DNA from: a virus | Reading direction: 5' to 3' (one strand) | Virus record (IMG/VR): IMGVR_UViG_3300036861_000806 | Coordinates: 1-64,000 of that record | Length of the DNA stretch: 64,000 nucleotides | Part shown: in pieces, positions 10,136 to 20,428 of the stretch | Numbering within the stretch: position 1 is the stretch's first letter | Layout of the letters: every line of letters starts with the position of its first letter | Position numbers and translations under genes: made by a program | The notes under the pieces: generated by a model | Told to the model about the DNA's origin: nothing | Databases searched by the model: none | The model's input: the letters and a program-made list of their open reading frames with translations, nothing else

Positions 10136-10570
10136 TCATGTGATATCTTCCGATGGCACGTCTTCGGCCAGCCGCGCCGTTATGTAGTCAACAATCATCG
10201 GCGCCCACACTGAGCAGGACATCGGCACCTTGAGCTCCTCGTCTTTCAAGAATTTTACGGCCCACTCCAGCACGCGACGGGTCAGCATCGCGGTCAGGGC
10301 ATCATCGTCAAGATCTTCTTGCAGTGGGCCCCAATAGAGGCGGCCATCGCGCTGCGACATACGTCCCTCGTTCGCGCACTCCACGTAACGACGGATCGTC
10401 AGTTTGACGGCCCGAACCTTGACGAGAACACCAGTCGTCTCTCCCTCAGGGACCGGGTCCCACAACATCTGCGGACGCTCAGACCGCGAGATAGTTAGCG
10501 GAATGGCCGTCCAGTCAATCTGAATATTGTCATGCGCGCGTTCTTCCCTTGCCTTATGCTCGCCCATCAC
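10136..10570 (-). CDS. Hypothetical protein (tail region)
   Basis: 144-aa ORF with AGGAGG RBS. Confidence 0.6.
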   Translation of the reverse strand: MMGEHKAREERAHDNIQIDWTAIPLTISRSERPQMLWDPVPEGETTGVLVKVRAVKLTIRRYVECANEGRMSQRDGRLYWGPLQEDLDDDALTAMLTRRVLEWAVKFLKDEELKVPMSCSVWAPMIVDYITARLAEDVPSEDIT

Positions 10571-10637
10571 ACGCCTCCTTCTTGCGAAGTTTCGTGTCCC
10601 GATTCCTGATAGAGATGCTCTGCGCCGCGATCATCTT

Positions 10638-12965
10638 CTAGTTCCTCCCGGCTTCGAGATCAGCGATTCTGACGCGCATGGCCTCGATCGTCCGCTCGTG
10701 CTCCTGCACGATGAGCAAGAGCGGCACGGCGGCGACACGATCGTACTGCACCCCGTCGGGACGTCCGACCGCGTCGTAGTGCACGAACTGCGGGAAGCGC
10801 TCGGCAACATCCTCGGCGACGAGCCCCTGAAACCAGCGGTGCGGATCGTCGGCCGGCGCTAGCGAGCGGAAGTTCACGGGCACGAGGTCCAATACTCCGC
10901 GCGCCTGGTCGAACGTCATGGGCCACAAATCCGTCTTGTAGCGACGCGAGGAGGTGGAGCGCAACACCTGATTCGTCGCCGCATTGTCGATGAAGGCGTT
11001 GGCGGCAGTGGCCGTGGTCCCGATGGTCGGCAGAAAGAAGGCGCCGTCCCCGCGCACCTGGAGATAGGTCGCACTTCCCGCGCGATCGCGGATCAGGAGA
11101 CTGTTATCGCTGCTATTGCCGCCCGCATCAATGAGCAGGCCGTAACTATTGCCGGCCGTCGCGGTGTTCTGGTAGTACGACGTATAGGAGCCGGAGGCCC
11201 CGACGGCATAGAGCGCCTTCGTTGCATCGGCCGCAACGCCGAGCCCCAGTCTCGTCCCCGTCGCCACGCCGAGAGTCGGCGTGGTGAATGACGGACTCTC
11301 AAGGAACGCAAACGTCTTGCGCGCCGCACCCGTCGTGATCGTGCCATAAAACGCATCAGTGAGAAACTCGACGGCACCGGCTGCTGGCGCTGTCAGGAGT
11401 GATCCGCTCGTGAATTTGAGCGGGGCGGTACCCGCCGCCGCCGTTCCCGCCTTGAGATGCACAACGGCCGTGGGCGTCACGCCAATCCCGAGATATCCAC
11501 CGTCGAGGATCGTGACAATATCGACACCGCCGTACTGGAAGTGATAACCGCCGGTGGACGCGGTCGTCCGATCGAATACCATGCCTCCCGAGCCGCTGTA
11601 GGGCACGACGAAGCCGTAGTGCGAGGCGTCGTCGAAAAACCCCAAGGCGTCGCCCGACGCGCCGAGCGAAATACGGTATGTCGTCGTGGTGGCCCCAACG
11701 CCGACGTTCCCCCGGAGGAGCGTTTGCGTGATGCTAGCGTTGCCCAGCACCACCTGATTGCTGGCCGTCACACGGGCGAGGCTTCCGATGGCGATTGCGT
11801 TGTCCAACGCGGCGGCATTGTCCTTCGTGGCCCCGCGCCCGACGAGCACCAGATCTGTATCCGTCGTCACGCGATACTGGGCGAGATCCGAGGCTAAGTT
11901 CCACCCCGACGTATAGCCGATCAGGGTGTTGTGGGCGCCGGTGGTGTGGTACTCTCCGCCTCGCGCACCCAGGATCGTGTTGTTCGTACCGCTAAGATTG
12001 CTTTTGCCGGTGAAATAGCCGGCGAACACGTTGTAGTCGCCGGTCGTGTTCGAATTCCCTGCCTGTCCTCCCATGAACGTATTCTGTGCGCCGCTCGTGT
12101 TGCCGTTCCCGGCCGTGTTCCCGAGGAACACGTTGTTGCTGCCGGTGTTGGCGAGGCCCCCGCTGCCGATGCTCGTCGCCCCGGCCCCGGCGCCATCGCC
12201 GACGAACGTATTCAGGGTACCGGTCGTGTTGTTGCGCCCCGCGATGGTGCCGAGGAATGTGTTGTTATTGCCCGACGTGTGGTACTGCCCCGCCTGCACG
12301 CCGATGAAAACGTTGTCTGGCGCGCCGATGTTGGAGTACCCAGCCTGGAACCCGATCATGATGGTGTCGTAGGCTGTCGTCGTATCGTGGCCGGCGTGGT
12401 ACCCGATGAACACGTTGTTGAGCGCGGTGGTGGCTAGGGAGCCCGCGTTCGTCCCGATGAAGATGTTGGCCGACGCGAGCGACGACGCCCCGCCCCCGGG
12501 GCTCATCGTGAAGTTCCCGGCGTTGAGGCCGAGGAAGATGTTGTTTCCGTCCGCAGTCGCGTGACTGTAATCGTGGAAGAAGGGCGTGGCGTCCTTGAAC
12601 AGAACGCCGGCAGTGCTTGCGGTGGTGTGAACAAGCGTTACCGCGCCCCCGATGCCGACCGTGAACAGCGAAGCCCCCGCGGCCGTCTGGAAGTCGAGGA
12701 AGTTTCCGGTCGGCCCGGTGTCAGTGAAGCGTTTGATGCGGATGCCGGTGGCTCCGTTGGCTCCAAGAGTGGAAAAGATTTGCCCGATGGTCGCCGGCGT
12801 TGCTTCATTGAGCCCGATCGCCTGCTTGAAATCCCACTTCTCGGCGGCGGCGGCATCGTAAGTGAAGAGGCCACCAGTGGGGCCCGTGTCGACGACGTGC
12901 GCTTCCTTCCACTGCACCTCGCCGATCAGGGCTGGTGTGAGGGTCTTGTGCTTCATCGTTGCCAT
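10638..12965 (-). CDS. Tail fibre/spike with beta-helical repeats and C-terminal intramolecular chaperone (peptidase S74)
   Basis: ATG at 12965; about 14-aa NxFxGxxAG repeats; C-terminal SSRRYK...GLVAEDV..FP.FV...GVQYD plus coiled coil. Confidence 0.85.
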   Translation of the reverse strand: MATMKHKTLTPALIGEVQWKEAHVVDTGPTGGLFTYDAAAAEKWDFKQAIGLNEATPATIGQIFSTLGANGATGIRIKRFTDTGPTGNFLDFQTAAGASLFTVGIGGAVTLVHTTASTAGVLFKDATPFFHDYSHATADGNNIFLGLNAGNFTMSPGGGASSLASANIFIGTNAGSLATTALNNVFIGYHAGHDTTTAYDTIMIGFQAGYSNIGAPDNVFIGVQAGQYHTSGNNNTFLGTIAGRNNTTGTLNTFVGDGAGAGATSIGSGGLANTGSNNVFLGNTAGNGNTSGAQNTFMGGQAGNSNTTGDYNVFAGYFTGKSNLSGTNNTILGARGGEYHTTGAHNTLIGYTSGWNLASDLAQYRVTTDTDLVLVGRGATKDNAAALDNAIAIGSLARVTASNQVVLGNASITQTLLRGNVGVGATTTTYRISLGASGDALGFFDDASHYGFVVPYSGSGGMVFDRTTASTGGYHFQYGGVDIVTILDGGYLGIGVTPTAVVHLKAGTAAAGTAPLKFTSGSLLTAPAAGAVEFLTDAFYGTITTGAARKTFAFLESPSFTTPTLGVATGTRLGLGVAADATKALYAVGASGSYTSYYQNTATAGNSYGLLIDAGGNSSDNSLLIRDRAGSATYLQVRGDGAFFLPTIGTTATAANAFIDNAATNQVLRSTSSRRYKTDLWPMTFDQARGVLDLVPVNFRSLAPADDPHRWFQGLVAEDVAERFPQFVHYDAVGRPDGVQYDRVAAVPLLLIVQEHERTIEAMRVRIADLEAGRN

Positions 12966-12966
12966 G

Positions 12967-13773
12967 TCAGCCCGCCACCTCCTCCCACTCGAAATCGCGC
13001 TCAGAGAGCCCCGCGTGAGGCTTCCACCGGATCGGGGAGAGATCACGCATGACGCAGGTCCAGAACGCGTGATCATCGGAGAACGACACGAGCGCGATAT
13101 CTGCGTTCTTCCATGCGCGCTCGAACGTGTGCCAGGATGCGATCTCGTCGGCGAGCATCGGCACGGCGCCGGTGGCGGCCTGCACTCGACCGGAGAGACG
13201 GAAGAGTGACGCACCGAGGTCGAGCCGCTGACGGCGCTCGCTGAGCGTGAAGACGTCCTCAAGCGGCTCAACCTCCTCGACATCGGGGTCCCAGAGGATG
13301 TCCCGCGGCGGCGAGGTTAATGCGGAGCACGCCCAGACGGCGCCGAGCCGGAAGCGGTCGGAACTGGATACCTGCCCGGGCACCACCGTCGGCGTCTGGC
13401 TCGGAATGAAGATGCGGTTGTAGCGGAAGTTCTGCGCCGATCCTGGCCGGTGGAATAGGCAGAGGCGCCCATTCCCCGGGTTCGTGCCGATAGTCAGGGT
13501 TCCCGAGTCGTAGGACGGAGCGCCCCATGAATCGGTGGCGTTCGCCTGGACTTTGACGCTGGTGAAATTGGCGTAGAGCAGTCCCCAGGCCGCGACCGAC
13601 TTCGCCGAGCCGTGATCGATGACCCACCACGAGTCCGTCGTCACTGTCGTCTTCGCCGGGTTGTCCGGCTCTTCTGGCACCCGAAGGTTGGTCCGTGGGT
13701 AGGACGCGTCCTCAGTGGACGCAGTAATTGTCGACGACGCCGTGAGGTTCGTGGTCGAGGCGCGGAGGGTCAT
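12967..13773 (-). CDS. Distal tail-like protein with discoidin/carbohydrate-binding-like N-terminus
   Basis: Immediately follows tape measure; ITAST..YP..NL, WWVIDHG, FRYNRIFI motifs. Confidence 0.6.
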   Translation of the reverse strand: MTLRASTTNLTASSTITASTEDASYPRTNLRVPEEPDNPAKTTVTTDSWWVIDHGSAKSVAAWGLLYANFTSVKVQANATDSWGAPSYDSGTLTIGTNPGNGRLCLFHRPGSAQNFRYNRIFIPSQTPTVVPGQVSSSDRFRLGAVWACSALTSPPRDILWDPDVEEVEPLEDVFTLSERRQRLDLGASLFRLSGRVQAATGAVPMLADEIASWHTFERAWKNADIALVSFSDDHAFWTCVMRDLSPIRWKPHAGLSERDFEWEEVAG

Positions 13774-16700
13774 CGCAGTCCTTTGACCATCGGCCGCAGA
13801 TCGCCGCCTTCACCACGCAGTTCGCGCTTAATCTCACGGACTACGACGCGCGCAGCCCTGCGGATCATGGCCTCGTCGACGGGGCCGGTGAAGTTCTGCG
13901 TGACCTCGACGGTGATCGTGGCGCCGGCACCGGCGGCGTCTGCCCCGCTCAGTGGAATCACGGCTTCCGCGCCCGACTCGCCGAGGAGCGCGTAGGTCGG
14001 GCCAGTAACGATGCCGCCTGCGGCGAGCGGGACCGGAGGGGTGCCACCCGTGAGGGCGGCGTAGAGCATCTGCTGGAGGCCGAGGAGCCGATCGGCCGTC
14101 AGCTTCGCCTCCAGCGCGAGGAACGATTGCGGGTCGAGCCCGCCCGTGATTGCGTTCTGCAGGTCGATCTGCTTGGCGATGAGCTGACCGATGAGCTCGG
14201 CCTGCTTCGCGGCGATCTGCCCCATGATGTCGCCGACGGCCTTGTTGATGCCCTCGATCGTCGCCCGCGCCGCGTCGTGGATGGCCGCGACCTGGGCGTC
14301 GCGCGCCTGCTCGATTGCGCTGACGTTCGCGTCCCGCGCCGTTTCGATCGCCTTCACCTGCGCGGCGGCCTGCTCGCGGATCGCCTCGCTCGAATCGTTC
14401 AGCGCCTTGATCTGCGCGTCGATGTCATCGAGCGCGGCCTGCGCCTGCTCCTCGGGCGTCACGCGAGCTTCCGCGATGGCCTGGAGCGCCTGGAGCTGAG
14501 TGACGACGGAGTTGAAGATCTCGACGTACTCAGGGCTCGGCCGCGTAAAGACGTGCGAGGCCGCCTCCAGGTACGCCTGCGCCGCCTGCTGAACTGCAGC
14601 AAGGTTTTCGGGCGTCTGATTCGCGGCGAATGTCGCCCGCGCCTGCTCGTAGAACGATCGCGCCAGCGCGAGCTGATCGGCCGGGTTGATCGGTGCCGAC
14701 GTGCCCAGGAGCAGGCCGCGAATGAGCCCCTTGAGCGACTCGGCCGCGCGCGCCCATTCCCGGGAAAGATTGATCTGTTCCTGGAGCGCGGACTTCTGTT
14801 CGTTCAGCGCCTCGATCTGCACATCGTTCGCGTCGATCTGCGCCTGCATCGTCGCGTTGATTCGGTCGATCTCGGCCTGGGCCCCCGCGTTGATCGCGTC
14901 AATTAACGTCTGCGCCGTCGTGTTCGCCGCCGCGACGGCCTGCTGTTCCCACTGCTGGACGGCCGCGACCGCCGCCTGCCCGAGGGCCTGAATCGCCCCG
15001 GCGCCCTGGTTCAGAATGGTCAGAGCGCCTTCCAGATCTCCAGCGCCGAGGGCCTGCCCGAACAGGTCGGCGAGGGTCGTGAGCGACGGCAGGGCCGCTT
15101 GATAGATCAACGCGGGGATCTGCCCCACATTGCTGGGCTGAATCAATCCTCCGAATCCCGTCATCGCCGACGGGACGGCCGCAACGATCGCGGCGAGGGC
15201 GGCTTCCGCCGCCCAGAGCTTGACGGCCGCCGACGCTGACGACTGCTGGATCGCCTCGAGCGCGAAGAGCAGGCCCGTCAGCGCCTCGTGGTGTCCCATC
15301 GCCAATTCGAGGTTCACGGCGACTTGCGCCGTCGCGAGGAGCTGCGATCCGAATGTCTGGAGAATGGTCGCGATCGTCGCTTGGATCTCCTCGATCAGCT
15401 TCTTTTCCAGCGCGTACCGTTCGGTTGATGCCTTGGCGAGTTCCTTGATGGCCGCGAGCTGATCGGCGGGATCGATGGCATCCCGGAGCTTGTTCTGCGC
15501 GTCTTCGACCGCGAGATCCATCGCCGCGAGCTGCGCGGTCACCGCCGCCTTCAGGGATACCTGCATACCCTCGGCGTCCATCGCCAGAGCCTTGATCGTG
15601 AGGTCAATCTGCCCGAAGGTGATGAGCGCGTCCGTGAGGAGCGCCATCTTCGCCTTGATATCCTCGACCGTGGCTCCGTTGCTCTGCGCGTTGGCGATCC
15701 AGTCCGTGAGCGGGGTCAGTATGCGATCGACGAATGCCTGCATAGCTTCGGCTGGGAGCGCCGAGGTGGCCAGCGCGGCGGCCTGCTCGGAGAACTGGTC
15801 GGCGAACTTCCGGAGCACGATGCGGATAGCCGCGTTGAGCTGGTCGATCCCGGGTCCGAAGTTGACCGAAATCCCCCCCTCATGCTCCGTGCCCGTCGCA
15901 CCGGGGATCTGCGGGATGCCAAACGAGCCAAGGTTCGTCTGTCCGGTCGCCGCAAGAAACCCGGGGATTGCGGCCTCGATTGACTGCTTAAAGGCGTCGA
16001 CAGTCTTTGCGAAATCGTCGAGGGTTGTCGCGCCGGCGAGGCCCGCAGCCAGCGCATTGGCCGCGTCCGCTTCCTTCTGAAGCGTTTCTGCGAGACGGTT
16101 GTGGAACGTGAGCCACTCGGCCGACGGCCCAGACCCGAAGAGTCCGCCGAGCAGGTTGCCAATGAAGCCGCCGATCGTCGCACCCAGGAGCGCGCCGCCG
16201 GGGCCACCGAGAGCAAACCCGGCGATCCCGCCCGCCGCCATGCCGCCGAGACCGAACGCGCCCTGTGTGACATTGCCGTTGATGATCGACATGATGTTGT
16301 GGAACGCACTGAGAGCGACGCCGGCGACGCCGAGCGCGGTATTAAACCCGCCCAGCGAGTCGAACAGGGAGCTGAACCGATCACTGACGCCGCGGAGCGC
16401 TTCTTCGAAGAAGCCGGGCACCACGCCGGGACCGAGCACGCTCTGGCCGCCGGTGCCGAACAGGTTGTCGAGCCAGCCGCCGAACGACGAGAGAAAGCTC
16501 TGACTGTTGCCGATCGCACCGCCGAAGCCCGGGATACCGAAGCCGCCTCCGGACGTGCCCCCGTTGCCGGGGACTAACTGAAGCGGCGCTGCCGTCCCCC
16601 CCGCCGCCACCGCCGCGTTGTTCAGGGCCACCGCGAGGGCCTGCGCCGAGGCGGCCGTGCTCGCCATGGCGACCGCAGCCGCCGCGCCCGCCGTGGCGAG

Positions 16701-19106
16701 GTCCGTGCTGCCGAGATTGAAGACGCCGGCGAACGCTTCCCCAATCTTGCGCATGATCTGAGACGAGAGGAAGTCGGCGAACATCCGCCTAGCGGCGTTC
16801 GCGAGGTCCGCGAATTGGACCTTCGTCGGGTCGACGAAGTGGTCCGAGAGGAACCGCTGCATCGTCTGCGCGCCGTCCTGGGCCAGCCTCGTGAGTCCGG
16901 ACCAGAGGTCATTGCCTCGGGTGAGCGCGGTCGTGAACTCTGCCTGGAAGAATCCGGCAGTGTCACCGATGGCGCGGGATTGCGCGGCCCAACCCTCAAG
17001 ACCCTGCTGAAAGAAGCGCTCTTGGGCGGTGGCGATAGTGTTGAGGGCGTTGATCTGGAGTTGGCGGTCTGCGAACGCCTTGTCGAGCGCGTCCGCGAGG
17101 GCGATCACTGGCCCTTTGATCTCGACGAGGCGCGCCTTGAGTCGAGCGACGTCTTCTGTCAGCCCCGCGACGCGGGCCTTGCGAATTGCGAGCTCCACCT
17201 CCCGGATCTGGGAGGTGAGCGTCTCTCCAAAGCTGTGACCGAGGTCGATCGCTTCCTGCTCGACTTGGCCGAGCGCGGTCGATAACTCGGCCCAAATATC
17301 GGTTGACGCGCTAGCTGCGGTCGCAGCTATTTCATCGGCCTCCGCCAAATCAACGAGACTTGCCCGAAGTCTCGCGAGGTCTTCCTTTGCCGCGGCGGTC
17401 ACCGCGCCACCGGCCGCCGCAATGATGGTCGTGATCTTTGTTAGCGCATTGGTCCAGATCGCGATGGCCGCCGCGGCGCCCTCTTTCGTCGCCAGCGACT
17501 CCTCGCTCAACGCTGCGATGCGCGCCTGAGCCTCGGCGTTGATTGCGGCGATCTGCGCCTCTTCCGTGGTTGACGCGAGTTGGATGCGCTCTAGTTCCGC
17601 GTCGCGCGTCGCATCGATAACATCCTGCTCGGCCTTCGCGACCACCTCCGCATAAGCCGCTATCGCGTCGGCGGCTTGCTGCGCGTAGGTGTTGCTGATC
17701 TGGAGTCGGGTCAGGGCGACGAGACCGCCGTACACCGCCTTTGCGTCGGCGACGGCCTTCGGGCTCAGTTGCTCCCACTTCTCCGCAAAGTCTTCGAAAT
17801 CCTGGCGGAGCTTGACGAGTGGGCGCTCCTCCTCGACGGCGCGGAGGAGTTCAAGCTGCTGGCGGAGCTTCTTGATGGCTTCGGCCGCCTCTGGCGGGAC
17901 GCGCACGTCGGCTGTGGCTGCGGCTGGGACGGTCACGGAGGTGTCGGACGTGAGCCCAGCATCGCGAAGCCGCTTGATCGCGTCTTCGACGGCCGCCGAC
18001 CCGCCTAGGAGCTTTGCCAGCGTCGGAGAGTTCGCAAGGAAACGATCGAACGAGGTACTGATATTGGCGAACGTGTTGCCCAAGATGTCACCGAGACGCT
18101 TCGCTGCGTCAATCGTCTCGTTGATCCATTGGAGAATCCCTGTCCCGGTGGATACTAGCGGGGTGCCCACGGCAATCCAGAATCCCTCCCACTGCTTGGA
18201 AAGCAATCGGATCTGGCGCCCATATTCTTCGGTCGCCTTCTGCTGATCCGCCGTCCACGCCGACACGTCCCCGGCGATTCCCATCCACCGTTTAAATTCC
18301 TCGCGTGACATCGCGAAGACGCTGGCGAGCTCCCGCCCCTGACGCCCAAAGATTGCCATGAGGGCGCCGCTGCGCTCAGACGCCGTGCCCATCTCGGAGA
18401 TGCGGTCACGCACCTCAAGGAATAGCTCGCCTTCGCTCTTCAGCTCGCCTGTGTTCTTTCGCAGGTTGATGCCAATGTCCCGCAGATCCTTGCCGCCGGT
18501 GTCGATCGCCTGTCCCATCTTGAAAAGAGCGCCAGTCAGCGCGCCGACGTCATGCCCGAGAACCTCGAAGGTATCGGCGAGATTGTCGGCCTCGGCGGCG
18601 GCCAGTCCCGAGACGGCCATCAGCGCCTTGACCTGCCGGGCATTCTCCAGTACCGCCGACGTCGCAGCGTGGAAAGCCACCGCCACGCCAGCGAGGCCGA
18701 CCGCCACGAGTCCGATCGGACTCGTCACAGCCGCCAGTGCGCGGCCAAGAAGCCCCGTATTGATTCCAGACGATGCGAAAGCCGTACTCAGAGAGTCGAC
18801 GATATTTCTCGTCCGGCCTGTCTCGGTTCCCAGCTCGACGAGGTGTTTCTTAAGGAAGGTTGCGGTGTCACCTGTCTTCGCCCAGGACACCATCCGGGCG
18901 GTGATCTGCTCAATGGACTGATCCGTCTTCTTGATCGGCGCGTTTACACCATTCAACGCACTCCGTAGCCCACTGAGCGCCTTTCCGGTAGAATCCGTCC
19001 CGCTCTGGAACCTCCCGAGTGTATCGCGCGCTTGGTCTACCCCGCGCTTGAACCCGCTCGTCTCAAGATCGAGCGTTGCGCGCAAATCCCCCACGCTCAC
19101 AGCCAC
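13770..19106 (-). CDS. Tape measure protein
   Basis: 1778 aa, Ala-rich helical; VGDLRATLDLETSGF start; C-terminal LAAGGIVTGPTYALLGESGAEAVIPL. Confidence 0.92.
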   Translation of the reverse strand: MAVSVGDLRATLDLETSGFKRGVDQARDTLGRFQSGTDSTGKALSGLRSALNGVNAPIKKTDQSIEQITARMVSWAKTGDTATFLKKHLVELGTETGRTRNIVDSLSTAFASSGINTGLLGRALAAVTSPIGLVAVGLAGVAVAFHAATSAVLENARQVKALMAVSGLAAAEADNLADTFEVLGHDVGALTGALFKMGQAIDTGGKDLRDIGINLRKNTGELKSEGELFLEVRDRISEMGTASERSGALMAIFGRQGRELASVFAMSREEFKRWMGIAGDVSAWTADQQKATEEYGRQIRLLSKQWEGFWIAVGTPLVSTGTGILQWINETIDAAKRLGDILGNTFANISTSFDRFLANSPTLAKLLGGSAAVEDAIKRLRDAGLTSDTSVTVPAAATADVRVPPEAAEAIKKLRQQLELLRAVEEERPLVKLRQDFEDFAEKWEQLSPKAVADAKAVYGGLVALTRLQISNTYAQQAADAIAAYAEVVAKAEQDVIDATRDAELERIQLASTTEEAQIAAINAEAQARIAALSEESLATKEGAAAAIAIWTNALTKITTIIAAAGGAVTAAAKEDLARLRASLVDLAEADEIAATAASASTDIWAELSTALGQVEQEAIDLGHSFGETLTSQIREVELAIRKARVAGLTEDVARLKARLVEIKGPVIALADALDKAFADRQLQINALNTIATAQERFFQQGLEGWAAQSRAIGDTAGFFQAEFTTALTRGNDLWSGLTRLAQDGAQTMQRFLSDHFVDPTKVQFADLANAARRMFADFLSSQIMRKIGEAFAGVFNLGSTDLATAGAAAAVAMASTAASAQALAVALNNAAVAAGGTAAPLQLVPGNGGTSGGGFGIPGFGGAIGNSQSFLSSFGGWLDNLFGTGGQSVLGPGVVPGFFEEALRGVSDRFSSLFDSLGGFNTALGVAGVALSAFHNIMSIINGNVTQGAFGLGGMAAGGIAGFALGGPGGALLGATIGGFIGNLLGGLFGSGPSAEWLTFHNRLAETLQKEADAANALAAGLAGATTLDDFAKTVDAFKQSIEAAIPGFLAATGQTNLGSFGIPQIPGATGTEHEGGISVNFGPGIDQLNAAIRIVLRKFADQFSEQAAALATSALPAEAMQAFVDRILTPLTDWIANAQSNGATVEDIKAKMALLTDALITFGQIDLTIKALAMDAEGMQVSLKAAVTAQLAAMDLAVEDAQNKLRDAIDPADQLAAIKELAKASTERYALEKKLIEEIQATIATILQTFGSQLLATAQVAVNLELAMGHHEALTGLLFALEAIQQSSASAAVKLWAAEAALAAIVAAVPSAMTGFGGLIQPSNVGQIPALIYQAALPSLTTLADLFGQALGAGDLEGALTILNQGAGAIQALGQAAVAAVQQWEQQAVAAANTTAQTLIDAINAGAQAEIDRINATMQAQIDANDVQIEALNEQKSALQEQINLSREWARAAESLKGLIRGLLLGTSAPINPADQLALARSFYEQARATFAANQTPENLAAVQQAAQAYLEAASHVFTRPSPEYVEIFNSVVTQLQALQAIAEARVTPEEQAQAALDDIDAQIKALNDSSEAIREQAAAQVKAIETARDANVSAIEQARDAQVAAIHDAARATIEGINKAVGDIMGQIAAKQAELIGQLIAKQIDLQNAITGGLDPQSFLALEAKLTADRLLGLQQMLYAALTGGTPPVPLAAGGIVTGPTYALLGESGAEAVIPLSGADAAGAGATITVEVTQNFTGPVDEAMIRRAARVVVREIKRELRGEGGDLRPMVKGLR

Positions 19107-19110
19107 GGCG

Positions 19111-19491
19111 TCAGTCCTCTTCGTCCGCGCTGAATGGCGGCAGCCCGAGCCGCCGCCGCTCGGCGTTCTCGCGCTCGATCGCGGCCTCGGCGGCGGCCCG
19201 ACGACGTTCGCGGCGCGCCCAGACGCCGGGGATCATCGTCGCGAGACTAATCGGCGATCGCATGGCACGGGAGACTCGGTTGATGCACTGGAGGGCGACC
19301 CACGCCGCCATTTCCCACGCGTCGTCCCGCCGGTCGCGCAAGCCGCGCTGGTACTCGGCCCAGTCGGCCGGGGTCAGCTCGTCGAAGTCCCGGGGCAGCA
19401 CCCCGGCCCGGAGCGCGGCTCGGCGCGCGGAGAGGTACGCCGCGTCGAGTCCGCCTACTGAGGGCGGGTCGCCGCGCCGCCGTCCTTCTTT
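19111..19491 (-). CDS. Tail assembly chaperone, frameshifted (gpGT-like) C-terminal part
   Basis: The -1 frame relative to the upstream chaperone is open from about 19495; LPRDFDELTPADW motif typical of gpT-like segments. Confidence 0.65.
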   Translation of the reverse strand, partial: KEGRRRGDPPSVGGLDAAYLSARRAALRAGVLPRDFDELTPADWAEYQRGLRDRRDDAWEMAAWVALQCINRVSRAMRSPISLATMIPGVWARRERRRAAAEAAIERENAERRRLGLPPFSADEED

Positions 19492-19814
19492 GACCGGTCA
19501 CGGAACAGCCCGCAGTTCTGGAGCGCCTCGTTGATCGCCGTCAGCACCGTGGCGAGTCGCCCCTCGTCCGAGCGAAAATAGGCGTCGAGGATCTCGTCGA
19601 TCCGCTCACCCGTCAGCTTTGGCTCCTCGTGTCGGAGTCCGAGCAGCAGGGCCGTGGAGAGGGTCTCGGGGTCAGCCTCGCCGAGCTTGGCGAGCAACCC
19701 CTGAAGCGTCGCCCCACCGAGGCGACGCGATAACTCCTTGACGTCCTGCCAGCGGTAGCGTACGTGCCGCGGCTTGTCGAGCGTGAGTTCCGCGTAGTCC
19801 TTGTCGATGTCCAC
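19455..19814 (-). CDS. Tail assembly chaperone (gpG-like)
   Basis: GTG 19814 with AAGGAGG RBS; lies between tail tube and tape measure. Confidence 0.75.
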   Translation of the reverse strand: MDIDKDYAELTLDKPRHVRYRWQDVKELSRRLGGATLQGLLAKLGEADPETLSTALLLGLRHEEPKLTGERIDEILDAYFRSDEGRLATVLTAINEALQNCGLFRDRSKKDGGAATRPQ

Positions 19815-19952
19815 GTCTCTCCTCCTTCTGTCAGGGGAGTCAGAAAGTCGAGCCGCCCGGCCCTCGGAACGCCCGGACGCTACGGGGCCATTCGCGTCCC
19901 TGCCCAGCCGTTGCTCGGCCGGATCCGGTCGTCCCATGGGCGGCTTCGCTTG

Positions 19953-20360
19953 TTACGACGCGACCGCGCAGTGCCGAAGCGATCCGGCCGGATCGAGCCG
20001 CACCGCAACCGTCATCAGGTCGCCGACCGTGCCACCGGCGGGCGGGTAGGACTGGACCATCACGGTCTGTTCCCAGATCGGATTGCCGGCCGAGGAGCAG
20101 GCGTTGCAAGCTCTCATCTCAATTGAAGTTTGACAACCTATAAGTCCGAATAGAGTGGCATCCACGCAGGCGTAGTTCTGAAAGAGTGTGATGTCCCAGC
20201 TCACGTTCTTGAGTCCGCCCTTCATCTTCCGTGTGTCGGCGCCCATCGCCGTCTCGTCGAGCGACTCTGCCTCGTAATTTAGTTGGAGGCTCTGGACGCT
20301 TGCTGATAGATCGACGCCGTTGATGTTCCAGTAGCAGTTCTTGAACACCTGGCTTGCCAT
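19953..20360 (-). CDS. Major tail tube protein
   Basis: MASQVFKN..INGVDLS..ESLDETAMGADTRKMKGGLK..YPPAGGTVGDL; position before chaperones. Confidence 0.75.
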   Translation of the reverse strand: MASQVFKNCYWNINGVDLSASVQSLQLNYEAESLDETAMGADTRKMKGGLKNVSWDITLFQNYACVDATLFGLIGCQTSIEMRACNACSSAGNPIWEQTVMVQSYPPAGGTVGDLMTVAVRLDPAGSLRHCAVAS

Positions 20361-20428
20361 TTTTAGATCCTCCCCCCATGAGTGCCGCTTGGCCGCGACG
20401 CTCCGCCTCTGTGTGCTATCATTTCTGC

